Origin: Bugula neritina
Lineage: Eukaryota; Animalia; Bryozoa
Reading direction: 5' to 3'
DNA length: 64,000 nt
Assembly (NCBI GenBank): GCA_964035545.1
Contig: OZ037769.1
Coordinates: 13,794,633 to 13,858,632, forward strand
The first letter of the stretch is position 1. Each line of letters starts with the position of its first letter. The notes beneath the pieces are model-generated. The model saw nothing but the letters and a program-made list of their open reading frames with translations, was not told the origin of the DNA and made no database searches. This document shows positions 37,801 through 50,938 of this stretch, one piece after another. A program made the position numbers and the translations under genes.

Positions 37801-38543
37801 ACCTAACTCAAATTGCAAACAAGCACAACAAAAAGGACTTTAAGACGCTAGTATTACAAGCACCTAAGTCCTAATTCGAAAAGCAGAAGATAAGTTCCAC
37901 TCTTAAAGACATATTTTTGTGGAAACATCACAGCAGAGGAAAGTCATGAAACAAACATACCATGTGCAAGTTTGTTGAACCTCAGTAGCCCACTTGAACT
38001 TTCGTTCTTCGGCTATTATATAGCTCACTACATATTCGGCAATGGGCTGACCAAATATGCCCCCTACTCGAGAGTACTGAAATACGGGAACTTTGCCATC
38101 ATCTGTGATAAACTTTTTAACACTGCAATTAGAAACAAGACTCCTACATACAACAATGTCAGTTTTAACAAACAATGATGTCATCAAGGAACAATGATGT
38201 CTTCTGCAAACAATGCTATGTCATGCTGAAGACTTTAATGTATAGATGGATGACAATGAATTTAAAAGTATATATAATGTTTTTTATGAGCCGTTACTTA
38301 CTTTTCTATTCCAGCCCACGTTCCTTGCACCCACTTTAGATTAGGTTTGCCTTGTAACCAAAGAGATGCGAAATGTGGATCTGAAATAATTACTTCAGCC
38401 TCATTCAATAGAGCCTTGTCAGAATCCGTGATATTCAAAGGGTCGATTGAAGTGACTTTGCTAGCAACTGGGAGGCAGACTCGTTTGATTCCGTCCTCCA
38501 GTGATGCTGTATCACATAGTATGCACACAACTGGCCTCCTCAT
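34823..38543 (-). CDS. D-isomer-specific 2-hydroxyacid dehydrogenase (glyoxylate/hydroxypyruvate reductase A-like), copy A, 7 exons
   Basis: Exons at ~38543-38302, 38121-37961, 37255-37161, 36865-36770, 36471-36282, 35903-35774 and 34910-34823. Motifs [12 protein letters not shown] (Rossmann), [26 protein letters not shown] and ITPHVA. Confidence 0.88.
36472..36705. repeat. About 22-bp minisatellite abutting an exon acceptor (GTAATATATTATCAGTTACTGT); a shorter homologous array lies at 42079-42170
   Basis: Direct inspection. Confidence 0.85.
37044..37114 (+). pseudogene. tRNA-like sequence (tRNA pseudogene or isolated SINE head; GCA in the anticodon-loop position)
   Basis: D arm GGTGTAATGGTTAGCAC and T arm TTGGGTTCAAATCCCAG are present. 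The anticodon and acceptor stems are poor. Confidence 0.55.
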
Positions 38544-40713
38544 ACTCTAGTCACCTCTGTTAATACAACACTTGACCTTTTCAACGGTTTTATTTACAAG
38601 AGGTCAGATATAAAAGTTAAGGGAGTTGAAAGAACAAGCTGTGGCATTGGTTCATTTTACACATTGTGAAGTTAGTACCAGCAGTTTTAGTGGCACCTGC
38701 ATAATAATTTGTGTTACATTTAAATATGTATTTATAAAATAATATAACTGCGTGGACATTGTATGCATAGAAATGTTGGCTATAAAAATGGAAAATAACT
38801 CCAATTTGCTTGTTCATTCCTATTAAACTTATTCACCACATTGATTTATTAATTAACATTAAAATTACCCAGCACCATGATTTATCACTGCGTTTCCAAG
38901 TTTTGAATTGTGGGACTGGATTTTTCATTTGATGCTTGGGAACAGTTGTATGGAATGAAACCATTACCATAAGTTAATGCAAATGCAACCACAAATTCAT
39001 GTATGAGCATCAATTCCCATAATGCAATGTCATGAAAACGTAGTGTATATAAAGTAGTTGCCACATTATTTTCTCTTCAACTCAAAATGACTACAAACTT
39101 ATTTTTGAGAATAACATACTTGCTTAAGTACAACAACAATTCGTATTTAAATAAGATAAGAATATATACATAACTTTAAACTTTAATATTTTTAAATAAG
39201 ACTGGGCGTTTAAGTGAAAGATATGTATAAAAATCGGATTTTTATCAATATGAAGAAACTTAGAAAAGTTTGACTATTTCAACCCTGATTCACTCAAAGT
39301 AATAGCAGAAAATGAGTGCTATCTATTGCAGGTAAAGTCTAAAATTTTATATCCCTTTCAAGAGAAGACATTTTCGAAAGTGTAGCAAAATGACAAGGAT
39401 AAAAACATTACTAATGGATGCTAAGAATAATGTGGTTACAACAGCATTATAGCAAGAAACCGAACATGTGTATTAAAAGATGCATAAGGACAGCAACAGA
39501 AAGAGACAGCAACACAAAGATCCAGCAACACAAAGAGACAGCAACACAAAGAAAAATACTTCATGCCAGCCTGCAGGCGAGAAGGGGGTAGAAACAGATA
39601 TCTCCATCTGTAGATAACAAATGTAGTTTAAACTGCAGTTGGGTCTAGAGTTGAGTCCACAAAGAATGTAACCAGAGCTACAAACAGCAATACCAGACAC
39701 AGGAGTTTGCTGTGAACAGCATATGAAACCTTTTAGAGTTCCTCAAATTAACATAAAAAATGATGGCGAGAGAAATACATATTTATAGCCAATAGATCAA
39801 TAAATCAATAGCCAATAGATCAATGCTTAGGCATCATCAAATTAAGAGCAACATCTCCAGTGAATTCTGAAAATGAATCGTCTAGACACTAAATATACTT
39901 TAGTCATTAGTGGGTATGGTCAAACTTTCTTTGGGAGAAATCTGTGAAGGTAGACAAATAAGAACCAAAACCTATTCCATGCAGTACTGATTATATTAAC
40001 ATTAAAGAATATGAACAATAAAGCAAACAATCGAAAAAGTTTTATTTAATAAAGTATGCTTTTCTAATGTACTTGCTAAACTAGACAAATAGAAACTCAG
40101 ACAATAATAAAATGGCAGTAAAATTTTGTCTAGCATTCATAAAATACATAAGGGCAGACAACTCTAAACAGATCAGGTTTAGTAGGCTGGTAATTCTAAT
40201 GATTGTATGTATATCATTGGCACCATTTATCAGGCATTACCAAGGATAGCTATGCATATATAGGCTATTATACTACGAGTATTTTCACTGACTAGAGCCT
40301 CATAATGAAAAAACTTTTGAATAAAAATTCAAAATTTTACAAATATTAAGGTGCTGAGTTAACACAGAGACAGAAGAGGCTGCTGTAGAAATGCTACATT
40401 TTCTAATAAAACTTATTCTAGCAAAACTATTCTGGCTGAAATAAAATGAAACTTTTCAAAATTTAGATGACAAACTAAAAATTGTAAACCCAAAATAAGC
40501 AAAAATCCCATCTCTGCACCTAATAACATATAGAAAACTAATTGGAGCCAAAACCTCACACGATATCTTTTTATATATAAAAATTAGAAAACCTAAACCC
40601 TTGTAACAAAAATGTAGGGCCCATGAAATCCTAGCTATGTTCATCACATCTAAACAAATGTACCTAATATGTTGGTGAACGACAATATGACTGCAGAAAG
40701 TGACTCAACATTG

Positions 40714-43700
40714 TCAATAGCCTTTGCTCCAGTCTATGAGATAGTTTAGAGGTCTATCATTAGCATAGTTGTGTAGGTTCTCCGCAATTACTTCAGCCAC
40801 CTATACAAAACATAAGAAACTCTGAGGCTATGCTTCTAGACCTCTGTGACCAGTAGCACTAAATAATTATATTGTGCTGAAAATAGAACTAAACACTAGC
40901 AAATAATACTCTAAACTGCACACAGTATAACAGTTTCAAGTTGAAATATAACCGTCTAAAATACAGCAGGCGTAATGTAAGCTGTGTGTACCTGATGGGG
41001 CATAGTGACTGCAGCCACATGCGGAGTTACAGTAACCTGGGGGTGTTTCCATAGTAACGAGTCAACAGGAAGTGGTTCTGTGGAAAATACATCTAAGATG
41101 GCTGCCCTTATCCACTTCTCTCTGACAATATATAGTGACTGTTATATATGTATATAATACGCATATTATAATATAAGCAAGCTAGCCTTAATGTAGAAAG
41201 TTGTGAGGTGATAACGGGGAGCAAACTGAGTATTATTACAAATAGCATTACAGCAGCCAATAAGAAAGAAGTTATGAAGAATATTTAAAAAAATGAACAA
41301 GAAGCTGTTCAATGTTTCTCAGAGTCTTAATCTAGTTCTAATTGATATTTAAATAAAACCTAGACTGGTGAAATGGTGAATATAACTTTTTGTAAGACAG
41401 AGAGAAGACAATTTCAAGTGTAGAATAGCTTTATCATGACATCTTCTAATAAGAAAGGTACAGTGGTCTTTGTATAAGAAGTGTTCTCTTTGAGCTCCAG
41501 CTGTAGACTGATTCTACACTGGCGAGCTCACCCTTTTATAGTCTAGAAATCGGGCACTCGACTTCTAGCATATTTCATCCGATTTCGGGCTGAATCAGGC
41601 ACCCCGAATTTCGGAGTTACACAAGTGAACAAAGAAAGATAACAAATAAACTACGCCAGAAGTTTAGTTATACTAACAACGCAAATAAAATAGTTAATGC
41701 ATTCTAGAACTTTCCAGAATATAACATGATGATAACTTTCAAAATCTACTACAATATACCATATCACAATTGATGAGCTGCAAACAAAAACAAACAATGC
41801 TATATTTACCTACAGCACTAAATTCTAAAGTTCTTACATGAAGACTAAAATGTGAGACACAACACATAGCCTGAGAGAATAGTGCCTACCTCAGGGCTTG
41901 GAGTATAGAATCCTCAGTACATATGTCACCTCGGCCAACATTGATGAATACAGAACGTTTAGGAGAACAGACCTTCAATCTCTCATTATCCAGTAGACCT
42001 CGAGTTAGCTGTGTACTCGGCAGAATGTTGCAGACGTAATGGCAGTTTGCCAGAAGTTCATCAATTCCATCAGCTGCCCTGTAATATATTATTCATTACT
42101 ATGCAGTATATCATCAGTTACTGTGTAATATATCATCAATTGTTCTGTAATATACTATGTAATATGTAATATAAGTTTTCAACTATTTCACTGTACACTA
42201 CACAAGATCTAGACGTCCACCTGTATTCATCCACATAAGCACATTTGTTCTCATCAGATGGAACTGTAGTAACCAGAGTCCATATCTTCATTCCAAAAGC
42301 TTTGCATGCTTCAGCAACTGCAACACAGACATTTCTTCAACACAACAGGATGTTACATCATCATAAATCAATGTGAAAACTCGTCAACTAGTTCAGCTGG
42401 TAGCAATCCTTGCAAAGAGCTAGTTCTCAGAGATTACTGTGCTTCATGTACAAGCTGCTTATAGAATCAGGTCCACCATTGTCACTGTCAGAGAGAGTGC
42501 AACTTAAGTCACTATGACAGGCTAGCAACTAAGGTTAGATAGGTTTTAATGTCTACCTTTTCTAGCAATTTCACCAAAACCTAGTATGCCAATAGATAGA
42601 CTGTTTAGAGGTCGGCTTTCATTAAACATAAAATCCTTCAATTCGGAAGACCTGCAATTAAACAAAACTGCCACAATATTGTTGAACTACAAAAATATCA
42701 ATGCTGAAATAATAGTTAACTGTCTAGTCGCTTTCAAAAAATGATAGTCAAAATTCTAAAAAAATTTTTGAATATACTTTAGAAATAAATTGTTTGAGTT
42801 GCTTAAATGATAATACAATGCAACAAGGTAATCAAACTTTCAAGTCTATTAGCTGAGGGAGATAAGTCCATGTTTTAAGTCAAAATCGAACTTGATCCAG
42901 CAAGTACTTGAGAAGTATTACCATGACCATGATCCAGTTCAGACTTTTGGTATCCAAGAAAAAGGGGATAACCAGAAATTATCTTTTATTACAGAAATTT
43001 GTGTATTTCATAAAATAAATTTTTTCAAGTTGTACATATCAACTTCTACCCAAAAGAAAGTTTTTAAAATGTATTAGATGTTTTTGTCTAAGTCAAAATC
43101 TTACGGCTAAACCTAAGACTAATGCATACAAATAAACTAAGGTCTGTAGAGATGTAGTTGAGACTTCATCTTGTAGTAAAATCTCACATCAGGTGCTTGG
43201 TTTAAATGGCTGTGGTGATTGAGCAAAATGGGCAAAAACAAGCAAAATTTAATATTCAACAAAAACTATAATTGGTATGAACCAGAAAAGAGAACAAATA
43301 TATTTATTTTTAAAGATTACCATGTAGCAAATTGCTGTTCATGATATGCCAGTCTAAAGTTTCGCTCATGAGCCACAATCTGACCAACGACATACTCCGC
43401 CATAGGCTGGCCGAATACTCCGCCAAATTTACAGTATTTGAAGCTCGGAGTTTCTCCTCCAGCAGGGATCAGTTTCATTATACTAAATCGAAAAATTATA
43501 AAGGAAAACACACTATAAAAAACTCATTTGCGTTTAGAGTCACTATTCCTGTGAGAATCTCTGATGGAAAGGGTATTTTTAAATCAGGCTAAGGACTTAT
43601 TCACACGTGACACAGGAGCAACTATGACTGGAGGCTCTTCCTAACATCACCAATGGCCTTTACTGGAGATCAAACCACTAACCTGGTGCTTACTAAGTCA

Positions 43701-44047
43701 GTGGTCTAGCCTCCAGACCGCAGCTGCTCCCCTTATGCAATATTATATACATGATTAAATTTTGCAAGAGTGATAGAGCTGTGACACACATTACACAATA
43801 TTTACCTATCTATTCCGGCCCATGTTCCATGCACCAACTTTAACTTGGGCCTACCATACAGCCAATGGCGTGCAAAATGGGGCTCTGATACAATCACCTC
43901 CGCTTCATCAAGGAGTTTTTCATCTTTCTCGGTAATATTATATGGTTCGACAGAGGTTATTTTACTAACAACAGTCGAGCAAGATTGGTGTATGACATCA
44001 GCGACTTTAGGAATTTCTGATAGAACGCAGACTACAGGCTTCCTCAT
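40714..44047 (-). CDS. D-isomer-specific 2-hydroxyacid dehydrogenase (GhrA-like), copy B, 7 exons
   Basis: Exons at ~44047-43806, 43483-43321, 42652-42557, 42318-42221, 42078-41890, 41122-40992 and 40800-40714. Motifs [26 protein letters not shown] and VTPHVA. Confidence 0.88.
41391..41753 (-). mobile_element. Solo LTR (Gypsy-type) in an intron, related to the solo LTR at 52426-52906; left boundary uncertain
   Basis: TGT...ACTACA ends. It shares GAGCTCCAG..GTAGACTGA.TCTACACTGG, a minus-strand TATAAAAG and CCGAATTTCGG motifs with 52426-52906. No clean TSD was found. Confidence 0.6.
43523..43730 (-). mobile_element. tRNA-derived SINE copy
   Basis: Reverse complement reads GGAGCAGCTGCGGTCTGGAGGCTAGA...GGCCATTGGTGATGTTAGGAAGAGCCTCCAGTCATAGTTGCTCCTGTG...AAGTCCTTAGCC. 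Confidence 0.85.
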
Positions 44048-45169
44048 AATAGTCTGCAATCAATCTTGACTACATTTACCAAAAAATCAACAAGTTTAAA
44101 AAACTATTATAAATAATTCAACCGCAGAAACTTCTAGAACAGAGTAAAACCCGGACACTGCGAAATTGCTATTGTGATATAAAATACGGCCATATATATG
44201 ATTTGCAGCCTAAATAACTGTAGATATCATCCTAGTTTCTGACATCCAAAAGGCATTTGTAAATAACAATAGATTGAATTGCTTATGGCAAGCAAATGTA
44301 ACTCATTAGTGGGTGTGTGCAAAAAAGCATTTCTTTTTTATAATCCTCAATTTTTGCCTAATACAAACACACACAAGCAATCTGAACGAGTGTGTTGTCT
44401 GAACATTGAATAAGCTGTCTCATACTCATCGCGATGGTGATATAGACTTGTTTGTACAAAATTCTGGCTGTTTAAGAAGCACCATTTTGTATAATTCTTA
44501 GAATGAGTTTTAAGGAACACAAAACCAAAGACATTCAAATCTTGTTTTAGAACTGATAAGAAGCAGAAAATTGCAGTGGTTTGAGCATATATGCAGAAGA
44601 GAGAGACATAATGACATCAGAAGAGTAAATGAGATGAGAGTCAGAGGCAAGAGAAATCGGAGATCACATAAATCAACATAGGACACAATCAGGAGGGTCC
44701 TCAATCCTGTTCCCTCAATAAAAAGAACGCTCAAAATAGAGTTAGAAGGAGAAGCCTAGTTAAGCTAAACCTCTGCAGCCACCCGCTACTCAAAAAGGAC
44801 AGACCAGAGATAGGTTAGGATAAGCGAGGATTGAATTTGATGATCATTGACTTAAATTTTCAGCTAGTTGACGGCATTGGATGTTGGTGATTACAATAAC
44901 AACATGGTTACTACATAACACTAACTATAAGTATTAGTATAACTGTAATTATATTCTATAAGTATAATTACAATCATTACTAACTAATAGTAATAGTAAT
45001 ACTAATAGTAATAGTAATACTAATAGTAACTGTAATCAGTAATAGCAACAATTACAATCACAATGTCAATTTAAATTCTAATACTAATATTAGATTTATT
45101 GTTATCTTTAGTTTCGTAAACTTTACTTTTACTTCTAGATTCAACCTAAGACTGACTTATAGTTAATGT

Positions 45170-45468
45170 TGTAGTGGAGCACGCGGTATGTGCCTCCACG
45201 TGCTCCCTAGCCAATCAATTATGTATCAGGTGATACCTCCAGAGATGCGTGTACAGAGGGAATTGCATTACTAGTCAATAGAGTAGATAGCGTGCTAACG
45301 TATAGACGAGATGTAATTTTATAATAACGATACTGGATGTACCTCTTTTCTTGCTATATAGTAGTAAATAAAGACATTCTAACTTTTAACAAACCCCCCA
45401 TTACTTCGGATAATTGGAACCATAATAACAGACTAGAAAACCCACGCATAGTAATTGTGCAAATTACA
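45170..45468 (+). repeat. 5' LTR of element 1
   Basis: TGTAGT...ATTACA with AATAAA at ~45368. About 95% identical by eye to 52406-52425 plus 52911-53103. Confidence 0.9.
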
Positions 45469-45472
45469 ACAG

Positions 45473-45490
45473 TGGTGGCAGCGGTGGGAT
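45473..45490 (+). promoter_or_regulatory. Primer-binding site complementary to the tRNA-Leu 3' end
   Basis: TGGTGGCAGCGGTGGGAT directly after the LTR. Confidence 0.85.
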
Positions 45491-45510
45491 ACTAGTTACT
45501 GTTAGAGACA

Positions 45511-48500
45511 ATGAAAGGACATTACGATATCATGGCAGAAAGTACAGCTTTGAGTGAGGAAGGTGAGCGAGATACTATCATAACCCCTTTCCAGGCTGGA
45601 GAGGAGGCGTATAAGTATAGATTAAAAGCTCCCGTCTTCACGGGCCTAGAAGATGTTGAACAATTTATTCAAGAATTCAACGAAGTTACAGCCATTACTG
45701 AATGGCCGCCAAGAATAGCTTTGATATAACTACGGATGGTGCTGACGGAGAGAGCCAAGCCGTACGGACTGAGATCCAGTGTAAACGGGATCTTTGCTGC
45801 GCTGCGGGCCTGTTTTGGCATATCTGTCATAGACGCCAGGGTCCGTTTACAAAGGCTGCTCCGTAGAACACACACACCACTCAAGGACCACGCTACACTA
45901 GTGAAGAGACTGGCACGGATCGCGTACAGCGACTTGCCAGAAACACATCGACAACACTATACCTTCGAGGCCTTTGTACAGTCCCTCAATAATCTGGGCC
46001 TCCATCATCAGCTTCAAGTAAGAGGAGTGACCACGATAGAGGCTGCGCTACAAAAAGGTGAAGCCTATTTATTGGCCGAACAACTCCATCGGGCAACGGA
46101 GAACTCCCCGCGTCCCCACCCAGTCCGGGTAGCTGTCGCTACTACCAACCCCTCCCTGGGAACGGAGGTAGACCGCTTCATGACCATGCTAGAACAGTTG
46201 GTGGCAATCATAACGCGTGTCAACCCCACAGGATCCAGGACACTGAAGATAGAGGTCCCAAGACCAGCTGCCTTATGTTAGAGATGCGGCACCAGGGGAC
46301 ATCTCCGCTCGAGTTGTCCAAAACCTAAGAAGCAGTTAAACCCTCACGGCCCGCGGATGCCTCCAAAACCCCGCGGCCCAAGAAAGAAGGAGCCACGGGG
46401 TGGATACCACCAGGCGTTTGTACGGACCCCGCAGTATGCCCCCCACCAGTGGCAGACACCCTGTCGGACCAGTCAACCTGACCGGCGGCGGGAACCTTTC
46501 TCACTGCCTCTCACTAACCGCTTCAGCCAGCTACCAGAAACGGAGCTGGCTGGCGAGGTTCCTTCGGACAGCGGAGGGGAACAGCTCACCCCTCCGCAAG
46601 GAAACTCTCACCTCCACCGGCCCCGCAAACCGCGGAACAAACGGGCACCACCCCGTTCGGCCGAGACCGAACACGCTGGGGGAGTACGGGTACAACCTCA
46701 TGGAGATAGCTACTTCTTGCCAGGGAAGGTGGCCGGCAAAGCTGTCACATTCCTGCTAGACTCCGGGTGTACTACTAATCTCTTCAGCCGTCGGGTCTCC
46801 GATACCCTCCCCTCCAGGGAGAGGGGAGCCTTAGCTTCCTATACCGGGGAACCTGGCACCCTTGCAGACGGGTCGCGTATCCCATTCTACGGTATTATAG
46901 AGCTGACTGGACGCATCCGCGACCAGGCTAGAGGAGGATGCCATACTAGGGATGCCGTTCTTGAAGCGACATGGTTACCGCATTGACTTTAGCAAGTCAG
47001 CCATGCTAATGGCCGGCAAGGAGCTCACCTGTGTCGACAAGTTCGGCCATCTCCTAGTGGGAGGCGTGCAGGTAGTACCGAGCTGTACAATACAAGGCCG
47101 CTCCCGGGCTACCATTCACTGTAGGGTGAACAATAGCCAAATCTCGGGATTGGGGGTTGTCGAAGGCGCGCGCACAAGAATACAGCTCGCTAGCAGTCTT
47201 AACCGGCTGACTGATCGAGGAGAGATCTTGGTGCAGTGTGTCAACCCCTTTTCCGAGGCGGTGAAACTACTGTCAGCGTCCATGCTGGGCCGGTTCCATT
47301 CTGTTCAGGAAGAAGATATAGGGCCGTCGCTAGGAGATGCGGCGGAAGGTCCCCGACAGAGCCCGTAATTGAGGCGGGGGACCGTCCCACAGCACGTCCG
47401 GGAGCTGTACCAGGCAGCATGTGACGGCTGCGCGAGCAACGGAGAGCGCCAGGCTATGGCCCGGTTGCTACGCGAGTACAGCGACGTGTTCAGCAGTGGA
47501 GACCATGACGTAGGCCTGACAACGGCCGTCCGTCATGAGATACCGCTAGCTGCAGAGACTGCCCCTATCCGACAACCCACTAGGAGGTTGGGACCAGAAA
47601 AGGAGAAGGAGGTCAGCCAACAAGTCCGGGATCTTTTGGACCGCGGCCTCATAGAGCCAGCACATAGTGCGTGGAGCTCGCCGGTCGTCTTAGTCCCAAA
47701 GAAAGACAGCAGTTGGCGGTTCTGTGTGGATTATCACAAGCTGAATAGCTTACCCCTTACCCCGGATCGACGAATCTCTGGACGCCCTAGCCGGCAGAAA
47801 GTACTTTAGTACACTAGACTTGCTGAGTGGCTATTGGCAGGTCTCCCTCAGTCTCGACGCCCAAGAGAAGGCGGCATTTATCACAAGGGACGGCCTATGG
47901 AAGTGGAAAGTCCCACCCTTTGGGCTGACTTCCGCCCTCGCCACCTTCCAGAGGCTCATGGAACAGGTCCTCAGTGGACTCCACTGGAAGACACTGCTGG
48001 TTTACCTTGATGACGTCAACGTGATCTCCCCAGACTTCCAGACACATATCAGTCGTTTGCGGAAGGTGTTCGAACGACTCAGAGGTGCCGGTCTAAAGCT
48101 CAAACCCTCTATGTGCGCTCTCTTGCAGCCAGAGGTGAAATACCTGGGGCACATCGTCGGCCGTCACGGCGTGGCGACGGATCCCAAAAAGGTATGAGCT
48201 ATAGAAGACTGGGTCACCCCCCAGGATTTGACCAGACTTCGGGCATTCCTCGGGCTGGTGGGGTATTACCGACAATACATACCAGACTTTGCGGGGGTGG
48301 CTCAGCCGTTAAATCGGCTCACCGCAAAGGGGGTGACCTGGCAGTGGACTTCTGTCGAACAGAGGGCGTTCAACTGCTTCAAGGGCCGCCTGCTAGAGGC
48401 TCCCATCTTGGCCTACCCAGACCCCGCTCTGGAGTACATCCTAGACACAGACGCCAGTGACCAGAACGTTGGCGCTGTGCTGTCACAGGTGCAGGAGGGC

Positions 48501-50929
48501 CGAGAAGTAGTAGTAGCCTACTACAGCAAATCTCTCTCACCCACCGAAATAAATTACTGCACTACCCGCAAGGAACTGCTGGCAGTAATCAAGTCGGTGA
48601 AGCACTTCAGACCCTATCTATACGGCAGGAAGTTCCGGCTGCGTACGGACCACGCCTCCTTGATTTGGTTGTGCAAGAGAGCAGAACCGTCTAGCCAGGT
48701 CGCCAGACGGCTCAAGGTCCTGGCTGAGTTCTCTTACCCGATCGAACATCGACCCAGTAAGAAACACGGCAATGCAGATGGACTGAGCCGGCGACCGGAC
48801 GAGGGGTGTAAACAATGCCTCAACATCGAGAGGAGAGACGGAGGTCCCCCACAATCCGAGTTGAGAGCACTGGATCACCCTGGGGTAGAGTATGACTGGG
48901 ACCAGGGTCAACTCCAACAGAAGGCTGATACGCCTCTGGAGGCAATACAGAACCTCCGCGCCAACCCTGCCTTGGCTGATAATGCCAGAGAGCTGCAAAA
49001 ACTCCAGGAGGATCTTCCGGGAGTAGTAGCCAACGTGTACCGGGCCAAGAAGGAGGGGCGACGACCCAGGAAAGAACAACTGCGGCAGGGATGCGCCGAG
49101 TTACGGCTGTACTGCCAACGTTGGGACTCCCCGCGGATCGGGCCAGATAGTCTGCTGACCATGACAGTGGCCGCAAACAACAGACACCCCAAGAGAAAGC
49201 GGGTAGTCTGCCCAGCTACCATCTGCCGAGAGTTAGTATGGGACACCCACAAACAGGCTCACGCAGGGGTCCAAAGGGTGCTCACAAAATTACAGCTCCG
49301 GTGGTATTGGCCCAACATGGAGCGTGACGTACGACTCAGAGTAAAACAGTGTGAAATCTGCCAGGCCAGCAAGCATGGCCATCTCCCTGGTAAAGCGGGA
49401 CGGCATAGGCTATATGCTGGGAGGTTATGGCAAGTGGTAGCTGTTGACCTGGTCGGACCCATGCCCCTAAACCCCAGAGGAAACAGCTATGTCTTAGTAT
49501 TAACCGACCACTTTACCAGGTGGGCCGACGCTCTGGCTATTCCGGATGCGTCTGCCCCAACGGTGGCCAGGGTGCTAGACCAAAATGTATTCTGCTACTT
49601 TGGATTACCCGAGCAGATACATTCAGACCAGGAAGCTCAATTTCACTCTCAACTTTTGAGCGACCTCTGCCGCCTCTGGGGAGTAAACTAAAGCAGGACC
49701 ACTCCTTACCACCCTCAAGGTAACGGAGTGGTAGAACGCAACAACCGATAGTTGGGCGATGCAATCCGCAGTCTTCTCCTCGGCCGAGGTCAGGAGAAAT
49801 GGGATATGGTGTTACCGCAAATCATGCGGGCCTACCGCAATACACCACGCACCAGTACGGGCGAGACCCCTAACCTCCTGATGTTTGGTCGGGAGACGCG
49901 AGTGCCCGATCACCTCACCTACCACATTCCTGAACAGGACTATCCCATCCATGAGTATGCCAGTGAATTGGTAGAGAAAATGAAGGTCGCACACGAAATA
50001 CTGCGAAAAAAGCAGTGACAGGTGTGACAAGAAGACTCAGGAACCACCCCTTTACCAAGCTGGGGACTGGGTGTGGATGGTCAACTACCGTAGGCGTTGA
50101 GGGCAGGCGGCTAAACTCCAGCCTAAGTTTGTGGGACCCTAGGTAGTAGTTGAGGCGATGCCCAATCATATGTACAAGTTGGAGCGCTCAAGCCAGATAT
50201 CTATCCAGAATGAGGCTCGCTTGAAACCGTATTGGGCTAGCCCAGGGGCAGCAGGAGAAGCCCCCCCATTGTTGGAGCCCAGGAGGCAAACAGCAACGTG
50301 CGGGCGGCGACGGCATGGACCAAAATACGAAGTCGTGTGCCGCGGGCGGAAAACTTGGTAAGGCAGGAAAGGCCACTTCCATCAACAGAAGTGCGCCCAC
50401 CGCCCCCAACGCCAAGCCTACCGCCAACACTTCCGGAACCAGACGCGGATCCGGAAGTGCAAACCCCCCCCCCGTGGGAGGGGCTCCATCCGGAGATGAT
50501 GAAGAAGAAGGAAATACGACCATCAACGACGGGCCGGAGACACCACTAGTGGAACCTAATAGTCCACCAGTGAGTACACCGCCCCGACCAGCAACCATAC
50601 CATCTTCCCCAGCTAGTATGCCACCTCCCCTGGAACGGGAACAACGTACTAGACAACCCCCAGCATACTTAAAAGACTTCGTATGTGACCGCGTTACAAA
50701 CGGCAATTATGAAAGTCCAGCTGGGTGCCGTACGGAGAGGCTGGCAGCGAAACGTGGGAGTTGTGAACACCACGGAAATACTAACTTTTGCAAGGGCGGA
50801 GTAGTGGGCAAAATTACTACACCCGGGGCAAACAGTTCCGGCTTTGCGCAAGAAACACGCGGTCCGGTCTTTTCCTACGCTGACATCGCCAAGGGCAGAC
50901 GTATTAAATCCACTAACATCCAAGCTTGA
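45511..50929 (+). pseudogene. gag-pol of element 1 (multiple stops and frameshifts)
   Basis: Fragments 45511-46986 (gag, CCHC C*RCGTRGHLRSSC, PR in the same frame), 47369-48197 (RT), 48228-49691 (RT/RH/IN) and 49752-50929 (IN C-terminus with Pro-rich tail). Confidence 0.92.
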
Positions 50930-50938
50930 ACGCTGAGT

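Noticed and set aside
46330-46345. Programmed gag-pol frameshift at GTTAAAC
   Set aside because: Not a perfect slippery heptamer, and gag and protease are already in the same frame in this copy.
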